This document shows positions 9,651-19,054 of a stretch of 64,000 nt of DNA, piece by piece. The stretch spans positions 17,691 to 81,690 of the forward strand of contig DASTHW010000014.1 of assembly GCA_035717985.1 (NCBI GenBank). Direction: 5' to 3'. The position numbers and the translations under genes were made by a program. The notes beneath the pieces are model-generated. The model was not told where the DNA came from and made no database searches. It saw only the letters and a list, made by a program, of their open reading frames with translations. This DNA is from Candidatus Saccharimonadales bacterium. Lineage in GTDB: Bacteria; Patescibacteriota; Saccharimonadia; Saccharimonadales; UBA10212. Numbering within the stretch: the stretch's first letter is position 1; the number at the start of each line of letters is the position of its first letter.

Positions 9651-9814
9651 GTCTTCAAAAAGTCTTTATTTTCAGGTATAATAATTGGCCGCAGTGGCTG
9701 AGTTTATATCTATTAAAGGTGCGCGTGAGCACCCCGACACCAAGAGCTTGAAACTCTGTAATCTGGTTGCAGACTACTGCGCTCAGGTTTTGGTGTGGGG
9801 CAGGTAACCATAAG

Positions 9815-12655
9815 ATGAATGATTTCATATCTATTCGCGGGGCCCGCGAACACAACTTGAAGAATATTGACGTGGAGATTCCGCGCGGCAAGCTGGTGGT
9901 CATTACCGGCCTGTCCGGCTCGGGCAAATCTTCTCTTGCTTTCGACACCATTTATGCCGAGGGCCAGCGCCGCTATGTAGAATCTCTCTCCGCTTATGCC
10001 CGGCAGTTTTTGGGCTTGATGGAAAAGCCGGATGTAGACCAGATAGATGGTCTTAGCCCGGCCATCAGCATTGATCAAAAATCTACCAGCCGTAACCCGC
10101 GTAGTACCGTAGCTACCGTGACTGAAATCTATGATTACCTGCGCCTACTGTTTGCCAGAACCGGCACACCGCATTGCCCGGTCTGCGGCAAACCGGTTAC
10201 CCGCCAAACCTCTCAGGGTGTAATCGATGTGATAGGACAGTCCTCTCACAAAGGGGGCAGGATGATGATTTTGGCGCCGGTGGTTATCGACAAAAAAGGC
10301 GAATTTCAGCACATCCCCGAGCAGTATATGCGGGCCGGCTTTGCGCGTGCCCGGGTGGACGGCGTAATTTATGCGCTAGATGAATTCCCGGTCCTGGATA
10401 AAAAATATAAGCACAACATCGAGATAGTGGTAGACCGGCTGGTAAATGATGAGGATAGCCGGAGCCGGCTGGCCCAAAGCATTGAGCAGGCTTTTGATAT
10501 CAGCGACGGCCTTCTGATAATCAATGACGCCGATCAAAAGAGTGATGCACTTTATTCACTAAAGTACGCCTGTGTTGATCACCCTGACGTAGCCATTCCC
10601 GAACTCGAACCCAGAACCTTTAGCTTTAACAATCCGCACGGCGCTTGCCCGGTCTGCACTGGCCTAGGTAGCCGGCTAGAAGTTGACCCAGAGCTGGTGA
10701 TACCAAATGGGCGATTAACCATTGCCGAGGGCGCCATCCGCCCCTTTAACCGCATAACCGTGGATGCTTGGTATATGAAAAAACTGCAGGCGGTAGCGGA
10801 GCGCTATGGCTTTTCTTTGCACGAGCCAACGGCTGAATTATCAGAGGAGCAAATGCGGATAATAATGTACGGCAGTGGCAATGAGACTTACCGCATAAAG
10901 CTAGCACCGGGGCGGAGTTTTGAAACTACTTATGAGGGTGTGGTGCCCAGCCTGGAGCGTCGGCACCGTGAGACCGAGAGCGATTTTGTCCGCCGCGACA
11001 TAGAGCGATTTATGCAGGAAAAGCCCTGCCATGCTTGCCTTGGCCGGCGGCTTAAGCCGGAAGTTCTGGCCGTAACTATAGGGAAGCAAGGCGGCGCCGG
11101 GCAAAGGGGCTGGTCGATTATGGATATTTGTGAACTTAGCATCGATGAAGCTCTGGAATTTTTCAAAAACTTAAAACTAAATCCAGCTCAGGAATCTATC
11201 GCCAAACAAATCTTAAAAGAGATAAATGCCCGGCTTAAATTTATGGTAGATGTGGGGCTCAATTATTTAACGCTAGCCCGGAGCGCCGTTAGCCTGTCCG
11301 GCGGCGAGGCCCAACGCATCCGTCTGGCTACCCAAATCGGCTCCGGCCTGCAGGGTGTTTTATATGTGCTGGACGAGCCCAGTATTGGTCTGCACCAGCG
11401 TGATAACGACCGCCTGCTTAAAACGCTGGAGCGCCTGCGCGATATCGGGAACAGCGTGGTAGTGGTAGAGCACGATGAAGAAACAATCCGCCGGGCCGAC
11501 TATGTAATAGATGTGGGTCCCGGAGCCGGCATCCACGGCGGAAAGGTAGTGGCTACTGGCACGCCGGCGGCGCTGGCTAAAGCCAAAGCCAGTGTGACGG
11601 CTGAGTTTATAAGCGGCAAGCGGGCGATTGCACACCCTAAAAAACGCCGGACAGGTAACGGCAAACAGCTGGTTATTAAAGGCGCCCGCGAAAATAATCT
11701 GAAAAATATTAATGTCGCTATTCCGCTTGGCATGCTGGTGGCGGTCAGTGGTGTGTCTGGCTCCGGCAAATCCAGCCTAATAAATGACATCTTAGCTAAA
11801 GAACTATCGGCTAGACTAATGCGGGCGCAGACGGTGCCCGGCCGGCACGATGATATTGAGGGCATTAAACAATTAGATAAAGCTATAGTCATAGACCAAT
11901 CACCGATCGGCCGCACACCGCGGTCTAACCCGGCCACCTACACGGGCGTATTTACGCCTATCCGCGAACTGTTTGCCGGCATGCCGGAAGCTCGTCTGCG
12001 CGGCTATAGCCCAGGGCGCTTTAGCTTCAATGTCAAGGGCGGACGATGTGAAAACTGCGCCGGTGACGGTGTGATTAAAATTGAAATGCACTTTTTGCCG
12101 GATGTCTATGTGCCGTGCGAGGTCTGCCACGGCCAGCGCTATAACCGCGAGGCGCTGGAGATTCACTATAAAGGCAAAACCATTGCCGATGTGCTGGCTA
12201 TGACCTGCGAGCAAGCCCTCCAGTTTTTTGAAAACATCCCGGCTATCGCCAGAAAACTGCAAACGCTGGTGGATGTTGGCCTTGGCTATATTACTCTCGG
12301 CCAGCCAGCCACAACTTTGTCCGGCGGCGAGGCTCAAAGGATTAAGCTAGCCAGTGAGCTGTCTCGCCGGCCCACCGGGCGGACACTTTATATCTTAGAC
12401 GAGCCGACCACCGGCCTGCATATGGCTGATGTTGAGAAGCTCCTGCATGTTTTGCATGCTCTGGCTGATGCGGGCAATAGCTTAATTGTCATCGAGCATA
12501 ACCTAGATGTGCTGAAAAATGCCGACCATATTATAGATATGGGCCCGGAAGGCGGCGAGGCCGGCGGCCAGGTGGTAGCCGAGGGCACACCGGAACAAGT
12601 CGCCAAAAATCCAAAGAGCTTTACCGGCCAGTTCCTTGGGCGCTTGCTAAATTAA
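9815..12655 (+). CDS. uvrA: Excinuclease ABC subunit A
   Basis: [19 protein letters not shown]-terminus, two ABC ATPase modules ([27 protein letters not shown]), LSGGEAQR twice, zinc-finger CxxC pairs. Confidence 0.97.
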   Translation: MNDFISIRGAREHNLKNIDVEIPRGKLVVITGLSGSGKSSLAFDTIYAEGQRRYVESLSAYARQFLGLMEKPDVDQIDGLSPAISIDQKSTSRNPRSTVATVTEIYDYLRLLFARTGTPHCPVCGKPVTRQTSQGVIDVIGQSSHKGGRMMILAPVVIDKKGEFQHIPEQYMRAGFARARVDGVIYALDEFPVLDKKYKHNIEIVVDRLVNDEDSRSRLAQSIEQAFDISDGLLIINDADQKSDALYSLKYACVDHPDVAIPELEPRTFSFNNPHGACPVCTGLGSRLEVDPELVIPNGRLTIAEGAIRPFNRITVDAWYMKKLQAVAERYGFSLHEPTAELSEEQMRIIMYGSGNETYRIKLAPGRSFETTYEGVVPSLERRHRETESDFVRRDIERFMQEKPCHACLGRRLKPEVLAVTIGKQGGAGQRGWSIMDICELSIDEALEFFKNLKLNPAQESIAKQILKEINARLKFMVDVGLNYLTLARSAVSLSGGEAQRIRLATQIGSGLQGVLYVLDEPSIGLHQRDNDRLLKTLERLRDIGNSVVVVEHDEETIRRADYVIDVGPGAGIHGGKVVATGTPAALAKAKASVTAEFISGKRAIAHPKKRRTGNGKQLVIKGARENNLKNINVAIPLGMLVAVSGVSGSGKSSLINDILAKELSARLMRAQTVPGRHDDIEGIKQLDKAIVIDQSPIGRTPRSNPATYTGVFTPIRELFAGMPEARLRGYSPGRFSFNVKGGRCENCAGDGVIKIEMHFLPDVYVPCEVCHGQRYNREALEIHYKGKTIADVLAMTCEQALQFFENIPAIARKLQTLVDVGLGYITLGQPATTLSGGEAQRIKLASELSRRPTGRTLYILDEPTTGLHMADVEKLLHVLHALADAGNSLIVIEHNLDVLKNADHIIDMGPEGGEAGGQVVAEGTPEQVAKNPKSFTGQFLGRLLN

Positions 12656-12662
12656 GCAAAAT

Positions 12663-12869
12663 CTACATATTTTTTTTCAGGGAACGGGTTAAAGATAGAA
12701 GATATTCTTCTAGTTGTTCCTCGGTCACCCTATGGGCTTTTTTCAGACGTCTCTTCGCATATTTGCTCTGGCACTGACTGCACATGGCGAAACTACCATC
12801 TTGGTGTACTGAGCATTTCGCACATAATTTCACCGCAAAACGAAAATTTTCAATTTCTAGTGGACTCAT
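12663..12869 (-). CDS. Small zinc-ribbon-like protein (68 aa)
   Basis: CAKC-x12-CSQC cysteine pairs and AAGGAG 7 nt upstream of the ATG. Confidence 0.6.
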   Translation of the reverse strand: MSPLEIENFRFAVKLCAKCSVHQDGSFAMCSQCQSKYAKRRLKKAHRVTEEQLEEYLLSLTRSLKKNM

Positions 12870-12894
12870 TTCTTCTCCTTATTTAAGTTCCATC

Positions 12895-12924
12895 CAACAA
12901 AAAAGCCCTTGCTTTCGCAAGGAC
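12895..12924 (-). terminator. Rho-independent terminator downstream of the DedA gene
   Basis: Minus strand reads CCTTGC-GAAA-GCAAGG followed by GCTTTTTTG. Confidence 0.6.
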
Positions 12925-12971
12925 TGATTAGTCGCTGAATTATATTATACACCAACGCTAACAAGAATCCG

Positions 12972-13631
12972 TTAAGAACGATCTTTGCTTTTGCGTCTAA
13001 ATAGAATGCTTAACTCTTCTTTTAGGGCGGCGCCGATCTCAGCCCGGTGAGAACGATTTTTAACAAGCTCAAAAATTACACTGCCAAAAGTCAGTACCAG
13101 CGCTATCAGCACCAAATATTTTATATAAGAATCCAAGCTGGGTACTTTCTGGCCAATCCAATAGCTAAGCAAAACTAGGCCGGCGCCCCACAGCACCCCG
13201 CCAATAATATTGAAAAACATAAAGGTGCGGGCCTGCATTTTGCCAATGCCGGCAATTAGCGGCACTACGGTACGGACCACGGCGATAAAGCGGGCAAACA
13301 GTACCGTGCGCCAGCCGTGTTTTTTAAAGAAACCCTCGGTTTTAAACATATAATCTTCCCGGAATAAAAGGCCCTTTTTCTGCTTAAAAATGCGCGGGCC
13401 GGCAGTGCGGCCAATATAATAGCCAACTTGATAACCCAGCAAGGTGGCGATAATTACAGAGAAAATCAGCCAGCCCAAGGGCAGTTTATGCTGGCTGGCA
13501 AAAACGCCTCCGGCTATCAGCAGAGTGTCACCAGGCAGAAGCAGACCAAGCAGAAAGGCACTTTCAGCAAAAATAACTAAAGCAATAATAATTAAACTGC
13601 CGGCTTCAAGAATGCTGTGTACGTCTAACAC
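12972..13631 (-). CDS. DedA/SNARE-associated family membrane protein
   Basis: LLPGDTLLIAGGVFA motif, multi-TM, typical length. Confidence 0.85.
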   Translation of the reverse strand: MLDVHSILEAGSLIIIALVIFAESAFLLGLLLPGDTLLIAGGVFASQHKLPLGWLIFSVIIATLLGYQVGYYIGRTAGPRIFKQKKGLLFREDYMFKTEGFFKKHGWRTVLFARFIAVVRTVVPLIAGIGKMQARTFMFFNIIGGVLWGAGLVLLSYWIGQKVPSLDSYIKYLVLIALVLTFGSVIFELVKNRSHRAEIGAALKEELSILFRRKSKDRS

Positions 13632-13704
13632 TTAATTAATTGTAAAATAAACACCTAAAATCTGATATAATATCATCAGATTAAGAACAGAGGTTCATTT
13701 TTTT

Positions 13705-14415
13705 ATGCCCAGTGTTGACGATCCGGTAAAGCTCAAAGAGCGCGAAATTTTAGGCAAGGGCCTGGCTAAAGTCCGTAAAGAAGGCCTGGTGCCAGCGGTT
13801 ATTCATAACCACGGCCAAGAGTCAGTTCACGTTATGGCGCCGGAGACCGAGCTAACCAAAATCTACCTAGCCGCCGGTAAGCACCACCCCCTGGAACTGC
13901 ATGTGGGCTCAAAGCACTTTTTGGCCCTAATTAAAGATGCCCATTTTCATCCTGTAAAGCGGCGTCTTCAGCATGTTGTTTTTCAGGCAATCCGGCGTGA
14001 CGAAAAGGTTGAAGCTGAGGTGCCGATTCGCTTAGACGGCGAAATCCCGGCCGAGAAGATTGGCCTAATGATTCTGCATCAGTTAGATAGCGTACAAGTG
14101 GAGGCTTTGCCGCAAGACTTGCCGGATGTATTAACAGTTAATGCCGAGGCACTGGCCGAACTGCACGATAAAATCACTGTAGCCGATCTTAAAGTGCCAT
14201 CAGGGGTAACTATTTTAACGGAAACAGATTATCCTATTGCCACCGTCGTTGAAACCAAGGCTCAAATTTCTGAAGAAGCTGAAGAGGGTGAACTGACACC
14301 TGAAGAAGCCGCCGCTGAAGCCGAGAAGGCTGAAGGCGGGCAAGGCGACACCGGCAACGCTCCGGCGGGGGCTGAAAAAGAAGCCGCCGGCCAGCAAGCG
14401 CCTGACAGTAAATAG
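13705..14415 (+). CDS. rplY: 50S ribosomal protein L25/general stress protein Ctc, with acidic C-terminal tail
   Basis: KGLAKVRKEGLVPAVIHNHG...HPLEL...LALIKDAHFHPVKRRLQHVVF pattern of the long-form L25/Ctc. Confidence 0.85.
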   Translation: MPSVDDPVKLKEREILGKGLAKVRKEGLVPAVIHNHGQESVHVMAPETELTKIYLAAGKHHPLELHVGSKHFLALIKDAHFHPVKRRLQHVVFQAIRRDEKVEAEVPIRLDGEIPAEKIGLMILHQLDSVQVEALPQDLPDVLTVNAEALAELHDKITVADLKVPSGVTILTETDYPIATVVETKAQISEEAEEGELTPEEAAAEAEKAEGGQGDTGNAPAGAEKEAAGQQAPDSK

Positions 14416-14442
14416 TTCTTTTGCTAAGAACCAAAACCTATT

Positions 14443-14898
14443 GTTACTTTGGGCCGCCAAAGTAACCAAAGCTCTCGGCCTGCTTCAAAAACTTGATGCT
14501 CACTAAAGCTAGAAAATAGCTTGCCTAAAGAGCGCCTCCTAAAGATTGCCACCGGCAATCTTTAGTCGTTAAACATGCTTTATGCACCCAAGGGCGCTAT
14601 TTTCTTAGCCTAGCTCACTTCAGGTATTTGAAGGTGGCCGACCTTGACTCAAAATGCCGACATAAAACATATTCGACCTTTCGATTTTCGTTGTGTTCAA
14701 AAGTCGGGCATGCGAAGCTGACTTGACCGGATGAGTGTAAAACAGTCTGGGCTTGGCCTCCTGAAGATGTTTGACGAATAAATTAGCCAGCGGCTAATTT
14801 ATGAGGAGTTCTTCAGGCGAAGACTGCTTTTACTATCAGCCGCAAGTTCAGCGGAGCCCGCCCGAGAGCTTTACCCAACTTTGGCGGTCCAAAGTTGG
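14443..14898. repeat. 455-nt structured intergenic element (E1) bounded by about 36-nt inverted repeats
   Basis: GTTACTTTGGGCCGCCAAAGTAACCAAAGCTCTCGG (14443-14478) is an imperfect inverted copy of CCGAGAGCTTTACCCAACTTTGGCGGTCCAAAGTTGG (14862-14898). Interior contains perfect hairpins at 14539-14565 and 14780-14800. No ORF. Confidence 0.65.
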
Positions 14899-14907
14899 AA
14901 GTGATAT

Positions 14908-16692
14908 CTACTCTTCCAGGAAGCCGCCGGACTGGTGGCTCCATAGGCGGGCGTAAACACCTTTTTTAGCGAGTAGCTCTTTGTGGCTACCCTGCTCGGC
15001 GATCTCGCCATCCTCTAAAACGATAATCCTATCCATTTTTTGGATAGTGCTTAGCCGGTGGGCAATGATGATGGTAGTTTTATCTTCCATCAATTTCCAA
15101 AGAGCGTCTTGAATCAGTAGCTCGCTCTCACTGTCCAGCTGGCTAGTAGCCTCATCCAGCACTAAAATCGGTGCGTTTTTAAGCATGGCCCGGGCAATGG
15201 CAACGCGCTGTCTTTGGCCGCCGGACAGTTTTACGCCGCGCTCGCCAACCAACGTGCCGTAACCGTTGGTCAAGATACGGATAAACTCGTCGGCGTGCGC
15301 CAGGCTAGCCGCTTTTTCAATTTCAGATTGGTTGGCGCCAGGCTTACCATAGGCAATGTTTTCAGCTAAAGAGCGGTGAAACAGCAAAGGTTCCTGCGGC
15401 ACATAGGCTACTTCCCGGCGTAAATCATCCTGCGTAATTTCAGCTATATTTTGGCCATCTATTAATATTTGGCCGCTGTCAATGTCGGAAAATCTTAGTA
15501 GAATTCTAGTTAGCGTAGTTTTGCCGGAGCCGGAATGGCCGACTAAGCCAACTTTCTCGCCGCCGGCGATTGCCAGATTAAAGTTGGCAAAAATAGCATC
15601 ACCGGCGCCCTCATGAGTAAAGCTAACATTTTTAAATTCAATCCTGCCTTTTTTAACACGTAGCGGCTTAGGCTCGGCCGGGTCTTTGACTTCCGCTGGT
15701 ATGTCTAGGATAGCTACCATGTCGCGGGCGTCGCCCAGGGAGCGGTTGTAGTTACGCAGGGCGCTGTTACTGAATTGAAACAGTTGTGAGGTAATGCCGG
15801 CGGTGTAGTTCAAGATTAGAAAAACGGTACCGATATTGGCGCCAAAATTTACTACGCCAATTACCGCTACGGCAAAAGACAGAGCTGAAATCACACTAAC
15901 TACAGCCGAAAAGTAGCTTTGTTGTTTTTGGTGACCGCGCATCAGCGCCAGCAGGCCGTCGTGGGTGGTGGACGTAATTTTGGCAAAAGCCTTATTTTCG
16001 TATCCTTGGCCGGCAAAGCTTTTAACGTTCATGACATTGGTTACAACGTCGGCCAGGTAGCCGGTTTGGGCGCTCTCATCGGCGGCGTGCTTAGCACTCA
16101 ATCGTCGTACGGCGCGGGTTACAAAAATAGCGCTAATCACATACAAAATTGAAAAGAATAGCAGAAGCACCACAAACAGCGGTGCTCGGCCGGCTAAAAT
16201 TATGGCCGCAAAAATTAGGCTAACAGCTAGAGGCAAAACCTGAAAGATAGTAGTATCGGCCAGGCGGATGTAGGAGCCCATCAATTTGTTAGTCTGGCTC
16301 ACCAGCGAGCCGGAAAAGCGGTTAGCATGGAAGCCCATGCTCATACTCATTAGGTGATCAAATACCCGCCGGGCAATATCCTGCTCAACTTTACCCTCCA
16401 GCGTCCAGGCAAAGCGGTCAACAATCCGCCAGGCCACCACACCGCCAAACAGTACCAGAGCGGCATAAGCGATAATGTCGCCGCCAAAACTGCTCCAAAC
16501 ATGGTTACGAACATAGTCGTGCGTGCTTAGGCGGTTTAAAACCTCAGCCAAAATCAGTGGAGGCAAGAACTGGTTAACCAACACCGTCAGCGGCACAGTA
16601 ACTAGCAAGCCCACCAGCTGACGGCGCCAGCGGGTTACACAGTGCCAGTAAAAGGACACAATACGGCTTGTCTCGTTTTTGTCGACTTGCAA
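14908..16692 (-). CDS. ABC exporter, fused permease/ATPase
   Basis: GHSGSGKTT Walker A, LSGGQRQR, LVLDEATSQLD. TTG start with AGGAGG 9 nt upstream. Confidence 0.9.
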   Translation of the reverse strand: MQVDKNETSRIVSFYWHCVTRWRRQLVGLLVTVPLTVLVNQFLPPLILAEVLNRLSTHDYVRNHVWSSFGGDIIAYAALVLFGGVVAWRIVDRFAWTLEGKVEQDIARRVFDHLMSMSMGFHANRFSGSLVSQTNKLMGSYIRLADTTIFQVLPLAVSLIFAAIILAGRAPLFVVLLLFFSILYVISAIFVTRAVRRLSAKHAADESAQTGYLADVVTNVMNVKSFAGQGYENKAFAKITSTTHDGLLALMRGHQKQQSYFSAVVSVISALSFAVAVIGVVNFGANIGTVFLILNYTAGITSQLFQFSNSALRNYNRSLGDARDMVAILDIPAEVKDPAEPKPLRVKKGRIEFKNVSFTHEGAGDAIFANFNLAIAGGEKVGLVGHSGSGKTTLTRILLRFSDIDSGQILIDGQNIAEITQDDLRREVAYVPQEPLLFHRSLAENIAYGKPGANQSEIEKAASLAHADEFIRILTNGYGTLVGERGVKLSGGQRQRVAIARAMLKNAPILVLDEATSQLDSESELLIQDALWKLMEDKTTIIIAHRLSTIQKMDRIIVLEDGEIAEQGSHKELLAKKGVYARLWSHQSGGFLEE

Positions 16693-16934
16693 GGATAGCG
16701 GCCTCCTGCCGCGTTCATTATCGGCTAATTTTTAAATTAATTTTTTAGGGAAGAGTTAAAGGCCAGCTTTAGAGCGGCCTATAAAATTTGAGATTGTGTT
16801 TAACATTTGGCCGCTCCTTTCTAGCGCTTGATTAGTAATTATCAAAAAGTATAACAGCTTATTGTTAAAAGAAAAAGCGGATGATTAGAATACTTAACAA
16901 GTCAAGTATTTGCCGGTAGCGCTATAATATAAGA

Positions 16935-18446
16935 GTGAACAAACTCGAGGAAAAGTTAAAGACGCTTCCCGTTGGACCGGGGGTCTATTTTCATAAGGAC
17001 ACCGGCGGCGAGATTATTTATATTGGCAAGGCCGCCAGTCTTAGAAATAGAGTTCGCCAATATTTTCAGGCTAGCCGCGCCCGCGACCCTAAAACTGACA
17101 TTCTGATTAGCGAAATCGCCGATACGGAGTGGCGCGAGGTGGCTACCGAGGCCGACGCTCTATTTTTGGAAGCCGAGCTGGTGCGGCGCTACCAGCCAAG
17201 ATTTAACATTTTACTCAGGGATGATAAAAGCCTGCAGTTCATCAGGATTGATTATAAAAGTGACTATCCCACGGTCAGGCTGGTGCGCCGGCCATTGGAT
17301 GATGGGGCTGAGTATTTTGGCCCCTATGTCAACGGCCTGGCGGTAAAAAAGGCCCTGCGTTATCTAAGGCGGGCCTTTCCGTATGCCATCAGCCGGCCAA
17401 ACGGTCAAAAAAGAGCTAACCTTTATTATCACTTGGGCCTAGACCCGGGACTAGAAGAAGGCAAGACCAGCCTAGCAGATTACCGGGCGGACCTGCGTAA
17501 ATTAATGCAGTACCTGCGGGGCGAGCGGGTGGCGCTGACCCGCCAAATTGAGCGCGATATGAAAAAGGCCGCCCGGGCCCGCGACTTTGAAGCGGCCGTA
17601 GGCCTGCGCAACCGCCTGTTCTGTCTGCAGGCCCTGAACCGGCAAATTTTATTTAGCGACAAAGAAAATGCTGAGCTGGAGCGCGACCATGCCCTCATCC
17701 AGCTGGCACAGCTTTTAGGTAGCGAGGGTCCGCTGAGGCGAGTGGAGGGTTTTGATATAAGCCACATGCAGGGGTCTGATACGGTAGCCAGTATGGTGGT
17801 ATTTATTGGCGGCGTGCCGGATAAGGCCAGTTACCGCAAGTTTAAAATGCGCCTGCCTGGTAATGATGATTTTGCTCACATGGCCGAGACTATCCGCCGC
17901 CGCCTGCGTGAAGAAAATGTTAAAAAATGGCCCCTGCCGGATCTAGTTTTAATTGACGGCGGTAAAGGCCAGCTGTCAGCGGCCATAGCCACCCGCGACG
18001 AGGCGGAACTAGCTAAACTGCCGTTTATTGGGCTGGCTAAAAGGGAAGAAGAAATAATTATTAACCGCCAGGCCAGCCTGCCGGAACTCGACGTTGAGCA
18101 AATTCAAAAACAGACTCAGTCGCTAGGCGGCTGGTGTCAGGTAGAGCCGGATTACCTAACCATCTCTTTGCCAGTCAACTCGCCGGTGGTTAAACTGCTC
18201 CAGCGCATCCGCGATGAAAGCCACCGCTTTGCCGTTAGTTACCACAGCACGCTTAAGCGCGGCCGGATGACCACCAGTCTGCTGGAAGAAATCCCCGGCA
18301 TCGGCCCGGCCAGCCGCAAAAAATTGATAAGAAAATTTGGCTCAATGCGTGGTGTCAGCACAGCCAGTCCGGCCGAGATTGGTGCAGTTATCGGCCCGGC
18401 CAAGGCTAAGACTGTAGCCAGTTGGCTATCAGCCCGAAAAGTTTAA
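16935..18446 (+). CDS. uvrC: Excinuclease ABC subunit C (short form)
   Basis: GIY-YIG N-terminus (GVYFHKD...IIYIGKA), central UvrBC/endonuclease region, C-terminal (HhH)2 GIGPASRKKLIRKFGS. GTG start lies 6 nt after a TATAAT box. Confidence 0.92.
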   Translation: MNKLEEKLKTLPVGPGVYFHKDTGGEIIYIGKAASLRNRVRQYFQASRARDPKTDILISEIADTEWREVATEADALFLEAELVRRYQPRFNILLRDDKSLQFIRIDYKSDYPTVRLVRRPLDDGAEYFGPYVNGLAVKKALRYLRRAFPYAISRPNGQKRANLYYHLGLDPGLEEGKTSLADYRADLRKLMQYLRGERVALTRQIERDMKKAARARDFEAAVGLRNRLFCLQALNRQILFSDKENAELERDHALIQLAQLLGSEGPLRRVEGFDISHMQGSDTVASMVVFIGGVPDKASYRKFKMRLPGNDDFAHMAETIRRRLREENVKKWPLPDLVLIDGGKGQLSAAIATRDEAELAKLPFIGLAKREEEIIINRQASLPELDVEQIQKQTQSLGGWCQVEPDYLTISLPVNSPVVKLLQRIRDESHRFAVSYHSTLKRGRMTTSLLEEIPGIGPASRKKLIRKFGSMRGVSTASPAEIGAVIGPAKAKTVASWLSARKV

Positions 18447-18469
18447 AACCAAGCTGTTAAAATAAGCAT

Positions 18470-18826
18470 ATGCTGTTTCGTTTTTTAGTGCGCTGGCTGG
18501 TTTGCATTTTAGGTTTATATATTGCCGCCGGCCTGCTGGGCCATAATCATTTGAGTCTAGGCGACAGCTGGCTAGACGCCGTGGGCGCCGGTTTTGTGCT
18601 GGCCATAGTTAACATGGTGGTGAAGCCGGTTTTAGTTATCTTGTCCATTCCGGCACTGGTGCTGAGCCTGGGTCTGTTTCTAATTATCATTAACGGCGTG
18701 GTGATATTAATTGCCAGCTGGCTGGACCAGGCCCTGTTTGTTGAAAATTTTGGTGTGGCGATTCTAGCCGGTCTAATCATGGGCTTAGTAAATTTCTTAG
18801 CAGGCCTTATACTGGAGAGTATATAA
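18470..18826 (+). CDS. Phage-holin-4/DUF360 family membrane protein
   Basis: 118 aa, 4 TM, with the IVNMVVKPVLVILSIPALVLSLGLFLIIINGVVI pattern typical of this family. Confidence 0.7.
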   Translation: MLFRFLVRWLVCILGLYIAAGLLGHNHLSLGDSWLDAVGAGFVLAIVNMVVKPVLVILSIPALVLSLGLFLIIINGVVILIASWLDQALFVENFGVAILAGLIMGLVNFLAGLILESI

Positions 18827-19042
18827 ATGAGTATTTGGAACTACATTACAATCGTTAGCTCTGTCCTGCTGGCTATTTTGATTTTGATTCAGACCAGGGG
18901 CGCTAGCCTGGGCGCCGGCCTGGGCGGCTCCGGCGAGATTAATACTGTCCGCCGCGGTTCTGACAAAAGCCTGCATCAATTAACCATTATTTTGGTGCTA
19001 ATTTTTGCGGCCAGCATCATTGTGGGTATAAAGGTTCAATAA
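18827..19042 (+). CDS. secG: Preprotein translocase subunit SecG
   Basis: 71 aa, two TM helices with a Gly-rich linker QTRGASLGAGLGGSGE. Confidence 0.75.
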   Translation: MSIWNYITIVSSVLLAILILIQTRGASLGAGLGGSGEINTVRRGSDKSLHQLTIILVLIFAASIIVGIKVQ

Positions 19043-19054
19043 TTTTAAGAGACA

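Noticed and set aside
14443-14898. E1 as tmRNA, RNase P RNA, SRP RNA or 6S RNA
   Set aside because: I could not find the tRNA-like ends or resume codon of tmRNA, the GAGGAAAGTCC / ACAGAA P4 strings of RNase P, or the SRP GGAA/AGCA motif. It remains unassigned rather than called.
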